DNA of 64,000 nucleotides from assembly GCA_944386735.1 (NCBI GenBank), contig CALXCH010000001.1:2218-66217 (forward strand), in the 5' to 3' direction. A model generated the notes under the pieces. That model made no database searches, was not told the DNA's origin, and saw only the letters and a program-made list of their open reading frames with translations. Both the position numbers and the translations under genes were made by a program. Position 1 is the stretch's first letter; every line of letters starts with the position of its first letter. Below, piece by piece: positions 9,122 through 17,912 of the stretch. This DNA is from an uncultured Clostridia bacterium. GTDB lineage: Bacteria > Bacillota > Clostridia > TANB77 > CAG-508.

Positions 9122-10252
9122 ATGAATATTGAACAAGAAGTTATGAATTTAAAAGAGCAAATGAAAAAGGATAAAGAGTATTTGTGGAATCATCCAGAAA
9201 AAGGCTTATGTGAGTTTGAAACATCAAGTTATATAAAGAAAAGATTAGAAGAAATGGGATATAACGATATAAATACAAATATATATGCAACAGGAATTAT
9301 TGCAACTTTGAGAGGAAGAGAAAATGGCCCTTGTATATTATTTAGAAGTGATATGGATGCAGTTGTAATGGATGAAACAGGAAGAACTAAGCATACATGT
9401 GGACACGATGCCCATATGACAATTTTACTTTCACTTGCTAAAATTTTAATGGATAATAAAGATAAAATAAAAGGAACTGTAAAACTTCTTTTCCAACCAG
9501 ATGAAGAAGGCGATGCAGGGGCTAAAGATATGGTTAAAAATGGAGCATTAGAAAATCCAAAAGTAGATAAAGCATTTGCAATTCATGTTTGGAGTGAATT
9601 TAAAGAAGATGAAATTGCTGTAAAATCAGGAACTGTAATGGCATCATCAGACCCTTATGATATTGTTGTATATGGTAAAGGTGGGCATGCTGCAATGCCC
9701 GAAAAATGTATTGATACAATTTATATTGCAAATAAAATAGGAATAGCTTTAAAAGAAATGGCAAGATTAGATGTAGAACCTGAAAAAAAAGCGATTATTG
9801 GAGCAACTGCAATAAGTGGTGGAAAAACAAATAATGTTATTCCTGATGTTGTACACATGAAAGGAATCTGTAGAACAAACAATAATGAAGTAAGAAAAGA
9901 AATGAAAAAGAAAATTGTAGAAACAGTAGAAGGTATTGCAAAAGAGATGGGAGGAAGAGCAGAGGTTAAGTTTTTGGTAGAATATCCTGTAACAGTTAAT
10001 TCTAAAGAAGAAGCGGAAACTGTACAAGAAATAGCAAAAAAGATTGTAAGCAATGTTGTAACAGACTATCAAACTACTACATCAGAAGATTTTTCATATT
10101 ATTTAGAAAAAGTACCAGGTTGTATGATATTTGTTGGTTGTACAAGAGATAAATTTTATCCACAACATAATGAAAATTTCACAGTAGGAGAAAATCCAAT
10201 ATTAATAGGAACGGAAGTTTTCTATGAGATTGCTAAGAAATATTTAATGTAA
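9122..10252 (+). CDS. M20D-family amidohydrolase (N-acyl-LL-diaminopimelate deacylase, YkuR-like)
   Basis: HTCGHDAHM metal-binding motif. 376 aa. Third gene of the dap cluster. Confidence 0.75.
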   Translation: MNIEQEVMNLKEQMKKDKEYLWNHPEKGLCEFETSSYIKKRLEEMGYNDINTNIYATGIIATLRGRENGPCILFRSDMDAVVMDETGRTKHTCGHDAHMTILLSLAKILMDNKDKIKGTVKLLFQPDEEGDAGAKDMVKNGALENPKVDKAFAIHVWSEFKEDEIAVKSGTVMASSDPYDIVVYGKGGHAAMPEKCIDTIYIANKIGIALKEMARLDVEPEKKAIIGATAISGGKTNNVIPDVVHMKGICRTNNNEVRKEMKKKIVETVEGIAKEMGGRAEVKFLVEYPVTVNSKEEAETVQEIAKKIVSNVVTDYQTTTSEDFSYYLEKVPGCMIFVGCTRDKFYPQHNENFTVGENPILIGTEVFYEIAKKYLM

Positions 10253-10273
10253 TTATAAAAGGGGGAATTGTCT

Positions 10274-10804
10274 ATGAAAAAGGTATATATAGTAATAATT
10301 TTAACAATAGTTCTAATTTTAATAATATGTGGAATTGAATTTTTCACCAATAATAGACATGAAGAAGAACAAAATATGACAACTGCAAATGAAAATGCTG
10401 TTGTAAATGAAGCTACGGAAAACTATGCTACAAATAGTAATGTAAATCAAATAGATGAAGATAGTAGAAATATTAATAATGTAACAATGAAAATAAAAGA
10501 AGGAACATTAACAAAAACATCTGCAACTATTTTAATAGAAGATAAAAATGAAGAAAAATATGACTATGGACAATGGTTTAGAATTGATAAAAAAGAAAAT
10601 GGAGAATGGAAAGAGTTAGAGCAAATAAATGAAAATTTTGCATTTACTGATATAGCATATATTCCAAAAGAAGACGGAACAATAGAAATCGAGGAGAACT
10701 GGAAAGATTTATATGGAGAGTTAGATACAGGAGAATATAGATTAGTAAAAGAATTATATGGTAATGAAAAAAATTATATATATGCAGAGTTTACAATTGA
10801 ATAA
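10274..10804 (+). CDS. Hypothetical secreted/membrane-anchored protein
   Basis: N-terminal hydrophobic segment and a GGGGGAA RBS-like sequence before ATG 10274. Confidence 0.4.
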   Translation: MKKVYIVIILTIVLILIICGIEFFTNNRHEEEQNMTTANENAVVNEATENYATNSNVNQIDEDSRNINNVTMKIKEGTLTKTSATILIEDKNEEKYDYGQWFRIDKKENGEWKELEQINENFAFTDIAYIPKEDGTIEIEENWKDLYGELDTGEYRLVKELYGNEKNYIYAEFTIE

Positions 10805-10810
10805 AAAGTT

Positions 10811-10849
10811 ATGGTACTATGAGCAAAGAACTTCTTAGTACCATTTTTA
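10811..10849 (+). terminator. Rho-independent terminator ATGGTACTA...TAGTACCAT followed by a T-run
   Basis: 9-bp perfect stem followed by TTTTT. Confidence 0.75.
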
Positions 10850-10947
10850 ATAGGTAAAATCTAATTATTAGTAAATTTGTAGTAAATAGAATAAAACTAT
10901 GTTATAATATTAAAAATTTCAAAATTATAGTTTAAATGGAGTAAGTC

Positions 10948-11565
10948 ATGGAAAAGAAAAAAATAATTGTATTTGGAGGATGCTTTAATCCACCGTTAAA
11001 TTCACATTTTTCACTTGCTGAACAAATTGTTAGTGAATATGCAGATGTAGAAAAAATAATATTTGTGCCAGTAAATAGTAAATATGATAAAGAAGGTTTA
11101 GTTGGTAATGAAGATAGATACCAAATGCTAAAAAGAGTGTGTGATAAAAATAAAAAGTTTAAAGTATCAAGAGTAGAAATAGATAGTGAAAGACCATTAT
11201 ATACCGTTGAGACTTTAGAGAGGTTACAAAAAGAATATAGTAAATATGATATTGCATTTGCAACAGGAAGTGATAATCTAAAAGAAATGAGCAAATGGAA
11301 AAAAGCAGACGAATTAGTAAAGAATTTTAAGGTTTTTGTGTTAGAAAGAGATAAAGACAATGTAGATGAGATAATAGAAAAAGATGAATTTTTAAAGAAA
11401 AATAAAGAGTCTTTTATAAAAGCAAAAGAAAGTATAAGAAGTAACTTGAGTTCTACTTTTGTAAGAGATAAAATAAGTAAAGGTAAGAGCATAAGATATT
11501 TAACAACAGATGACGTTATATCATATATAAAAGAACATAATTTGTATAAAAAACAAGGGAAGTGA
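10948..11565 (+). CDS. nadD: Nicotinate-nucleotide adenylyltransferase
   Basis: GGCFNPPLNSH nucleotidyltransferase motif. 205 aa. Confidence 0.85.
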   Translation: MEKKKIIVFGGCFNPPLNSHFSLAEQIVSEYADVEKIIFVPVNSKYDKEGLVGNEDRYQMLKRVCDKNKKFKVSRVEIDSERPLYTVETLERLQKEYSKYDIAFATGSDNLKEMSKWKKADELVKNFKVFVLERDKDNVDEIIEKDEFLKKNKESFIKAKESIRSNLSSTFVRDKISKGKSIRYLTTDDVISYIKEHNLYKKQGK

Positions 11566-12338
11566 TAAATATGTTAGAAAAAGAAGAACTAAGAAAAGAG
11601 TTAGATGGTGCAATTAAATGGATAAAAGATTATGTAGAAAAATCAGGTGCAAATGGATTAGTTGTAGGAGATAGTGGAGGAAAGGACTCAGCAACAGTAA
11701 TTGCAATGGCAGTAAATGCTATTGGGAAAGAAAAAGTAATTGCAGTATCAATGCCTTGTCATTCTGAGAATAGTGATTTTGATGATGCAAAATTAGTAGC
11801 AGATACTTTTGGAGTAAAATTTTTAAAAGTAGATTTAACTAAATCTTATGATGAAATGGAAAAAGAAATAGAAAATTCTTTATGTGATGAATTATCTAAA
11901 GAAGCAAAGATAAATATAAAACCACGTTTAAGAATGACAACGTTATATGGAATTGCACAGAGTTTAGGGGATTTGGTAATTGGTACAGGAAATCTTTGTG
12001 AAGCAATGGTAGGTTATACAACAAAATGGGGAGATAATAGTTCTGATTTAAATCCAATTGGAAATTTTACAGTTGAGGAAGTATTAGAAATAGGAAGGTA
12101 CTTGGGAGTTCCAAGTAAAATACTAGAAAAAGCACCAAATGATGGATTAGGTGGTGAAACAGATGAAGAAAAAATGGGGATAAAATATAGTGAAATTGCA
12201 GAAATGATAGAAACAGGAAAAACAAATGAAAATGTAAAAGAAGAAATTATAAAAAAATATAAAAATTCAAAACATAAAAGAGAGTTAGTACCAACATATA
12301 GATTTGATAGAAAAAATTATTTGAAAGAAGAGTATTAA
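11562..12338 (+). CDS. nadE: NH3-dependent NAD+ synthetase
   Basis: SGGKDS PP-loop motif. 258 aa. 4-nt overlap with nadD. Confidence 0.85.
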   Translation: MINMLEKEELRKELDGAIKWIKDYVEKSGANGLVVGDSGGKDSATVIAMAVNAIGKEKVIAVSMPCHSENSDFDDAKLVADTFGVKFLKVDLTKSYDEMEKEIENSLCDELSKEAKINIKPRLRMTTLYGIAQSLGDLVIGTGNLCEAMVGYTTKWGDNSSDLNPIGNFTVEEVLEIGRYLGVPSKILEKAPNDGLGGETDEEKMGIKYSEIAEMIETGKTNENVKEEIIKKYKNSKHKRELVPTYRFDRKNYLKEEY

Positions 12339-12341
12339 GAT

Positions 12342-12821
12342 ATGGAATATAAAATAAGAGAAATAGAAAAGAAGGATAATAAGCAAGTAGAAAATGTAAT
12401 TAGAACATGTTTAATAGAATTTGGAGGAAATCATGAGGGTCTAGCTTGGAGTGACCCAGATTTAGGAAGATTTTCTGAAGTGTATAACAAAACTGGATTT
12501 AAATATTGGGTAGTAGAAGATGAAGAAGGAAAAGTTGTAGGTGGATGTGGAATAGGTAAACTAGAAGGAACAGATGATGTTTGTGAACTTCAAAAAATGT
12601 ACTGCTTAGAAAGTGCAAGAGGAACAGGAATATCACATAAATTAATGGACTTAGCTTTGTCTTATGCTAAAAAATATTATAAGAGATGTTATATAGAAAC
12701 ATTAAGTAATATGGTAGCTGCAAATAAATTTTATAAAAAATATGGATTTAAAAGTTTAGATGAACCTTTAGTGAAGACTGAGCATTATGCTTGTGATGTT
12801 TGGTATGTAAAAGATTTATAA
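12342..12821 (+). CDS. GNAT family N-acetyltransferase
   Basis: 159 aa with acetyl-CoA binding-like core (RGTGISHKLM). Confidence 0.6.
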   Translation: MEYKIREIEKKDNKQVENVIRTCLIEFGGNHEGLAWSDPDLGRFSEVYNKTGFKYWVVEDEEGKVVGGCGIGKLEGTDDVCELQKMYCLESARGTGISHKLMDLALSYAKKYYKRCYIETLSNMVAANKFYKKYGFKSLDEPLVKTEHYACDVWYVKDL

Positions 12822-12835
12822 AGGAGAGAAGGCGT

Positions 12836-13708
12836 TTGAAAAGATTAGTTGTATTTGGAAAAAATAAAAAAGCTACAGCAACAGTATATTTTGTATTAAG
12901 ATTTTTGGTAATAGTAACATTAGTTTTACAATTAATTAAAGGGAATTATGAAAATGTGTTTATGTGTGTTTTAACACTTATTTTATTTTTAATACCAATT
13001 ATAATAGATAGAAAACTAAATATAAAATTACCTAATACTTTAGAAATAATAATATTTCTATTTATATTTTCAGCAGAAATATTAGGAGAAGTTCAGAATT
13101 TTTATGGAATATTTAAATATTGGGACTCAATCTTGCATACTATAAATGGATTTTTATGTGCAGCAATAGGATTTTCAATGATAGATATATTAAATAGAAG
13201 CACTAAATTTCATAAGATGCTAACCCCAGTTTTTGTTGCTTTAGTTGCATTTTGTTTTTCTATGACTGTAGGAGTTCTTTGGGAATTTATAGAATATGGT
13301 ATGGATAAAACTTTTAATACTGATATGCAAAAAGATAGAATAGTAACTACTGTTTCATCAACTTTACTAAATGAAGAAGGGAAGAACCAAGAAGAGGTTA
13401 TAAAAGATATTGAAAAAACAATAGTTTATGGAACTTTAAATGGAAAAAAGTCTGCGATTACAATTGATGGTGGATATTTAGATATTGGAATAAATGATAC
13501 AATGAAAGACTTAATTGTAAACTTTATAGGTGCTGTAGTTTTTTCAATAATAGGTTTATTGTATATTAAAAACAGAGATGAATATAGATTTGCAGAAGAA
13601 TTTATGCCAGCAGTAAAAACAGAAGAAGAAATAGAAGAAACAAAGAAAGAATTAGAAAGATTAGAAAAAGTTTTAGAGGATAAGAAAAAGAGAAAAAATA
13701 GAAAATAG
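12836..13708 (+). CDS. Integral membrane protein with a C-terminal charged coiled-coil tail, unknown function
   Basis: AAGGAGAG RBS then TTG 12836. Multiple TM segments and a KKRKNRK tail. Confidence 0.4.
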   Translation: MKRLVVFGKNKKATATVYFVLRFLVIVTLVLQLIKGNYENVFMCVLTLILFLIPIIIDRKLNIKLPNTLEIIIFLFIFSAEILGEVQNFYGIFKYWDSILHTINGFLCAAIGFSMIDILNRSTKFHKMLTPVFVALVAFCFSMTVGVLWEFIEYGMDKTFNTDMQKDRIVTTVSSTLLNEEGKNQEEVIKDIEKTIVYGTLNGKKSAITIDGGYLDIGINDTMKDLIVNFIGAVVFSIIGLLYIKNRDEYRFAEEFMPAVKTEEEIEETKKELERLEKVLEDKKKRKNRK

Positions 13709-13722
13709 AAATATCTTCATAA

Positions 13723-13751
13723 TTTGAAAAATAGAGGTATTTTTGGTATAA
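13723..13751 (+). promoter_or_regulatory. Strong sigma-A promoter TTGAAA-17 nt-(TGg)TATAAT
   Basis: Perfect spacing and an extended -10. Drives the high-GC orphan gene. Confidence 0.65.
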
Positions 13752-13797
13752 TATATATATGCAGAGAAAGGCTCTGCTGTAGTAGAAAGGATTAACA

Positions 13798-14319
13798 ATG
13801 TCGCAGTCACTAGAAAAGTATCTTGATATCTGCGTTCAGACGGCAGGTAATCCAGATTATGATGTACAATATGCTCTCGGAAAGAGACATGCTAAACTTG
13901 CACAGAAGTTGGCAAAGATGACTGATGATGCGCTTGGAGATTGGTTGGTATCAGAGGATGATACCAGCAGGGCGGCTGAGGATGCTGTTCGCATAGTTGG
14001 TCAAGAAAGAATCGAAGCAGCACTTATTAACATGTATATCACGGATGTGGAGAGACTCCTTCTTGATGCATCAAAAACTTTTCTTGAGGAAACTCAAGGA
14101 GAAGTAAACATCGGGATGCCTGAAGAGTTGCAGGGCATTGAGGACGACGAGAAACTGGTTAATAAGCTTTGTAGTCTTTACAACAACGATACTGCAAAGG
14201 CATTGCTGGTCCTCAGTAGCGAAGGCGAGCTTCTCGGTCTTTTGAGAAAGCAAATGCTAAGTTGCTACGAGGTCTCCATGATTCTTGTAGACTTCTACGA
14301 GGAGCTAATGGAAGACTAG
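13798..14319 (+). CDS. Orphan acidic 173-aa protein of unknown function, compositionally foreign (about 43% GC)
   Basis: GC content and codon usage (CTC, GCG, CGC, ACG) differ from the flanking genes. Has its own promoter and a GC-rich terminator. Confidence 0.6.
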   Translation: MSQSLEKYLDICVQTAGNPDYDVQYALGKRHAKLAQKLAKMTDDALGDWLVSEDDTSRAAEDAVRIVGQERIEAALINMYITDVERLLLDASKTFLEETQGEVNIGMPEELQGIEDDEKLVNKLCSLYNNDTAKALLVLSSEGELLGLLRKQMLSCYEVSMILVDFYEELMED

Positions 14320-14357
14320 AATATTCCCCCTAAGGGTTTGCTCTTAGGGGGATATTC
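14319..14357 (+). terminator. Strong terminator GAATATTCCCCCTAAG...CTTAGGGGGATATTC
   Basis: 16-bp GC-rich inverted repeat directly after the stop codon. Confidence 0.75.
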
Positions 14358-14462
14358 TATTTATAATTTATAGGATAAAAAATATTAAAATATTATTTTC
14401 GGTGGTAAATACAAAAAAACTGTGATATAATAAAAAAGATTTTTTATTAGGAGGAAAAACTT

Positions 14463-17198
14463 TTGGATAAATTTGTATTAGTAGATGGAAATAGTATAAT
14501 GAATAGAGCATTTTATGGAATAATGGGAAGTAAAATGCTAACAACAAAAGATGGAAAATATACAAATGCGGTGTATGGATTTTTAGCAATAATGTTTAAA
14601 TTGTTAGAAGACGTAAAGCCGCAATATATGGCAGTAGCATTTGATTTAAAAGCACCTACAGCAAGGCACAAAATGTATGAAGGATATAAAGCAAATAGAA
14701 AAGGAATGCCAGATGAACTTGCAGAACAAATGCCTATGATAAAAGAAATATTACGTGCAATGAATATAGATATAGTAGAAATGGAAGGGTATGAAGCAGA
14801 TGATGTATTAGGAACCCTATCTTGTTATGGAGAAAAACAAGGATTAGATGTAATTATTCTTTCAGGAGATAGAGATACATTTCAGCTTGCAACAGATAAA
14901 GTAACAATAAGAATACCACATACAAAAGCAGGAAAAAGTGAAACAGATGAATATGATGCAAAAAAAATAAAAGAAAAATATGGATTAAAGCCAAAACAAT
15001 TAATAGAAGTAAAAGGACTTCAAGGAGATACATCAGATAATATACCAGGAGTACCAGGAGTAGGAGAAAAAACAGCACTAAAACTGGTACAAGAATATGG
15101 CTCAATAGATAATTTGTATAAAAAAATAGAAGCAGGAGAAGATGATTTAAAAGGAAAACAAAGAGAAAAAATAGTAGAAAATAAAGACTTGGCATATTTA
15201 TCTAAAACATTAGGAACAATAAATGTAAATGTACCAATAAAAGATGATTTAAGCGATTTTAAGGTGGAAGAATGGGATAAAGAAAAAGTATTAGAATTGT
15301 TTAAGGAATTAAATTTTAACCGTTATATAGAACGTTTTAATTTAAAAGGAGAAGGTACTACAGGAGAAAAGGAAAATAACAGTAATAAGGAATTATATAA
15401 AAGAGTAGAAAAATCAAAAGAAGAAATAATTGATTTTATGAGACAATCAAAAGAAATGATATTTTACTTTGTAACAGAAAAAGATGATGATAAAGAAAAA
15501 ATAATAAAAGAAAAAATAAAAGGAATATCTATTTATAATAAAGAAAAAAATGAAGTTTATTATATAGAATTAAATAATGATGCGGATTGTTTGAAAGAAG
15601 TATTGGAAGATTCTGAAATAAGAAAAGTAGGAATAGATTTAAGTAGAATATATATATTATTAAAACAGGTTGGAATAAACTTAAAAGGAATAGATTATGA
15701 TATATCAATAGCATCATACATATTAAATCCAACAGATAATAAACTAAAAATAGAAGATTTAATAGTAAAATTTTTAGAATTAGATTTAGAGGAAATCTTA
15801 GGAGAAGAAGAAAAAAAAGATACTAAAGCAAAACAGATAAATCTATTTGAAAGCTCAGAAAATGATAGTGAAGAAAAAAGAAAATTAGAGGAAAGAAAAA
15901 AAGAAGAAGCTTGCTTGTATGTATATAGCATAGGAAAAATAAAAGAGATAACACTAAAGAAATTAGAAGAAGTAAATTGCTTAGAATTATTTAATAAAAT
16001 AGATATGCCTACAGTAGAAGTATTATCAAATATGCAATGGAATGGTATGTATGTAGATAAAGAAGAATTAGAAGCATTTGGAAAGGAACTAACACAAAAG
16101 TTAGATACAATAACAAAAATAATTTATGAAATGGCAGGAGAAGAATTTAATATAAATTCAACAAAACAATTAGGAGAAATCTTATTTGAAAAAATGAAAT
16201 TACCTGTTATTAAGAAGACAAAAAGTGGATATTCAACAGATGTAGATGTATTAGAAAAACTAAAAAAAGAAGATCCAATAATAGAACAAATATTAGAATA
16301 TAGACAACTTATGAAATTAAACTCAACATATGTAGAAGGATTAAAACCATATATAAATCCCAAAACAAATAGAATACATTCATTTTTCCATCAAACAATA
16401 ACAGCAACAGGAAGAATAAGCTCAACAGAGCCAAATCTACAAAATATACCAACAAGATTTGAACTTGGAAAAAGAGTAAGAAGAGTATTTAAGCCAGAAA
16501 ATGGATATGTCTATGTAGATGCAGATTATTCACAAATAGAATTAAGAGTATTAGCATCAATATCAGAAGATAAACATATGATAGAAGCATTTAAAGAAGG
16601 GCAAGATATTCATAAACAAGCAGCATCAAAGGTATTTAAAACCCCAATGGATGAAGTAACAAAAGAACAAAGAAGTAATGCAAAAGCAGTAAACTTTGGA
16701 ATTGTTTATGGGATAAGTGATTTCGGTCTAGGAGAACAATTAGGAATAGGAAGAAAACAAGCAAAAAAATATATAGATGAGTATTTAAGTGAATATTCTG
16801 GAATAAAGAAATTTATGGATAATATAAAAGAAGAAGCAAAAGAAAAAGGCTATGTAGAAACATTGTTCCATAGAAGAAGATATATACCAGAATTGAAATC
16901 AAACAATTATATGGTAAGACAATTTGGAGCAAGAGCAGCAATGAATACACCAATACAAGGAACAGCAGCAGATATAATGAAAATTGCTATGATAAAAGTA
17001 TTAAAAGAAATTGAAAAAAGGGGATTAAAATCAAAAATAGTATTACAAGTACACGATGAAATGATGATAGAAGCACCAATAGAAGAAAAAGAAGAAATAA
17101 AGGAAATAGTAAAAAATAGTATGGAGACAGCAACTAAGTTAAAAGTACCACTAATTGCTGAAATTTCAGAAGCAGACAACTGGTATGATTGCAAATAA
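14463..17198 (+). CDS. polA: DNA polymerase I
   Basis: 911 aa containing 5'-3' exonuclease, 3'-5' exonuclease-like and polymerase (family A) motifs such as DYSQIELR and QVHDE. AGGAGG RBS with TTG start. Confidence 0.95.
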   Translation: MDKFVLVDGNSIMNRAFYGIMGSKMLTTKDGKYTNAVYGFLAIMFKLLEDVKPQYMAVAFDLKAPTARHKMYEGYKANRKGMPDELAEQMPMIKEILRAMNIDIVEMEGYEADDVLGTLSCYGEKQGLDVIILSGDRDTFQLATDKVTIRIPHTKAGKSETDEYDAKKIKEKYGLKPKQLIEVKGLQGDTSDNIPGVPGVGEKTALKLVQEYGSIDNLYKKIEAGEDDLKGKQREKIVENKDLAYLSKTLGTINVNVPIKDDLSDFKVEEWDKEKVLELFKELNFNRYIERFNLKGEGTTGEKENNSNKELYKRVEKSKEEIIDFMRQSKEMIFYFVTEKDDDKEKIIKEKIKGISIYNKEKNEVYYIELNNDADCLKEVLEDSEIRKVGIDLSRIYILLKQVGINLKGIDYDISIASYILNPTDNKLKIEDLIVKFLELDLEEILGEEEKKDTKAKQINLFESSENDSEEKRKLEERKKEEACLYVYSIGKIKEITLKKLEEVNCLELFNKIDMPTVEVLSNMQWNGMYVDKEELEAFGKELTQKLDTITKIIYEMAGEEFNINSTKQLGEILFEKMKLPVIKKTKSGYSTDVDVLEKLKKEDPIIEQILEYRQLMKLNSTYVEGLKPYINPKTNRIHSFFHQTITATGRISSTEPNLQNIPTRFELGKRVRRVFKPENGYVYVDADYSQIELRVLASISEDKHMIEAFKEGQDIHKQAASKVFKTPMDEVTKEQRSNAKAVNFGIVYGISDFGLGEQLGIGRKQAKKYIDEYLSEYSGIKKFMDNIKEEAKEKGYVETLFHRRRYIPELKSNNYMVRQFGARAAMNTPIQGTAADIMKIAMIKVLKEIEKRGLKSKIVLQVHDEMMIEAPIEEKEEIKEIVKNSMETATKLKVPLIAEISEADNWYDCK

Positions 17199-17252
17199 TG
17201 TCGCATTGGGGACGTTTCCTATGAACACATTTTGTCGCATTTGGGACACATC
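17199..17252. repeat. Family-B element copy 1: direct repeats TGTCGCATTGGGGACG ... TGTCGCATTTGGGACAC
   Basis: Two 16-17-nt direct repeats 20 nt apart, immediately after the polA stop. Related copies at 23713-23761 and 25189-25280. Confidence 0.7.
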
Positions 17253-17289
17253 TTTCAAAGTGGAATGACAAAGGAGAGAGAAAATAAAA

Positions 17290-17851
17290 GTGAAAAATAT
17301 AAAACTAGTTATTACTATTGTAGTAATTTTACTTGTCATTGTATTTGTTTTTATTTTTAAAGATAAAATACTAAGAATAATTTACCCTAAAACTTATCAA
17401 GATATAGTTTCAAATTATGCTAGAGAATATAATGTTGAAGAAAATTTAGTATTTGCAGTTATAAAAGCTGAAAGCAACTTTGATGAAAATGCTGTGTCGC
17501 ATAAAAATGCTATTCGGTTTAATGCAGATTATGGAAGAGACAGCAGATGATATTGCAACAAGATATGGAATTGACATAGATAAAGAAAACATAAAAGAAT
17601 CTGTAACAAATGTACAAAATAATATAAATATTGGAACAAAATATTTATCTACTTTGCTTGATAAATATGGAAATAAAGAGGTTGCAGTTGCAGCGTATAA
17701 TGCAGGAATAGGAACTGTTGATAATTGGATAGCCAAAAATATAATAAAAGCAGATGGAAGTGATATTGAAAATATACCCTATAAAGAAACTAACAATTAT
17801 GTAAGGAAAATATTAAGAAATTATAAAATTTATCAAAGTATATATAAATAG
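17290..17851 (+). pseudogene. Lytic transglycosylase (Slt domain) interrupted by a 1-nt insertion at about 17515
   Basis: ORF1 ends ...AESNFDENAVSHKNAI then RFNADYGRDSR*. The ORF2 frame continues GLMQIMEETADDIATRYG...AAYNAGIGTVDNW. Removing C at 17515 restores the ESxF...GLMQ catalytic motif. Confidence 0.7.
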
Positions 17852-17912
17852 CTAGACAAATGATGAAAAATAAAATAAAATAGAAATGCAAAAAGTAAAA
17901 GGAGAAGTTAAT

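Noticed and set aside
14854-16363. Multiple antisense ORFs inside polA (14854-15195, 15529-15732, 15695-15931, 16124-16363)
   Set aside because: Reverse-strand artefacts of a Lys/Glu-rich gene region. There are no translation signals.
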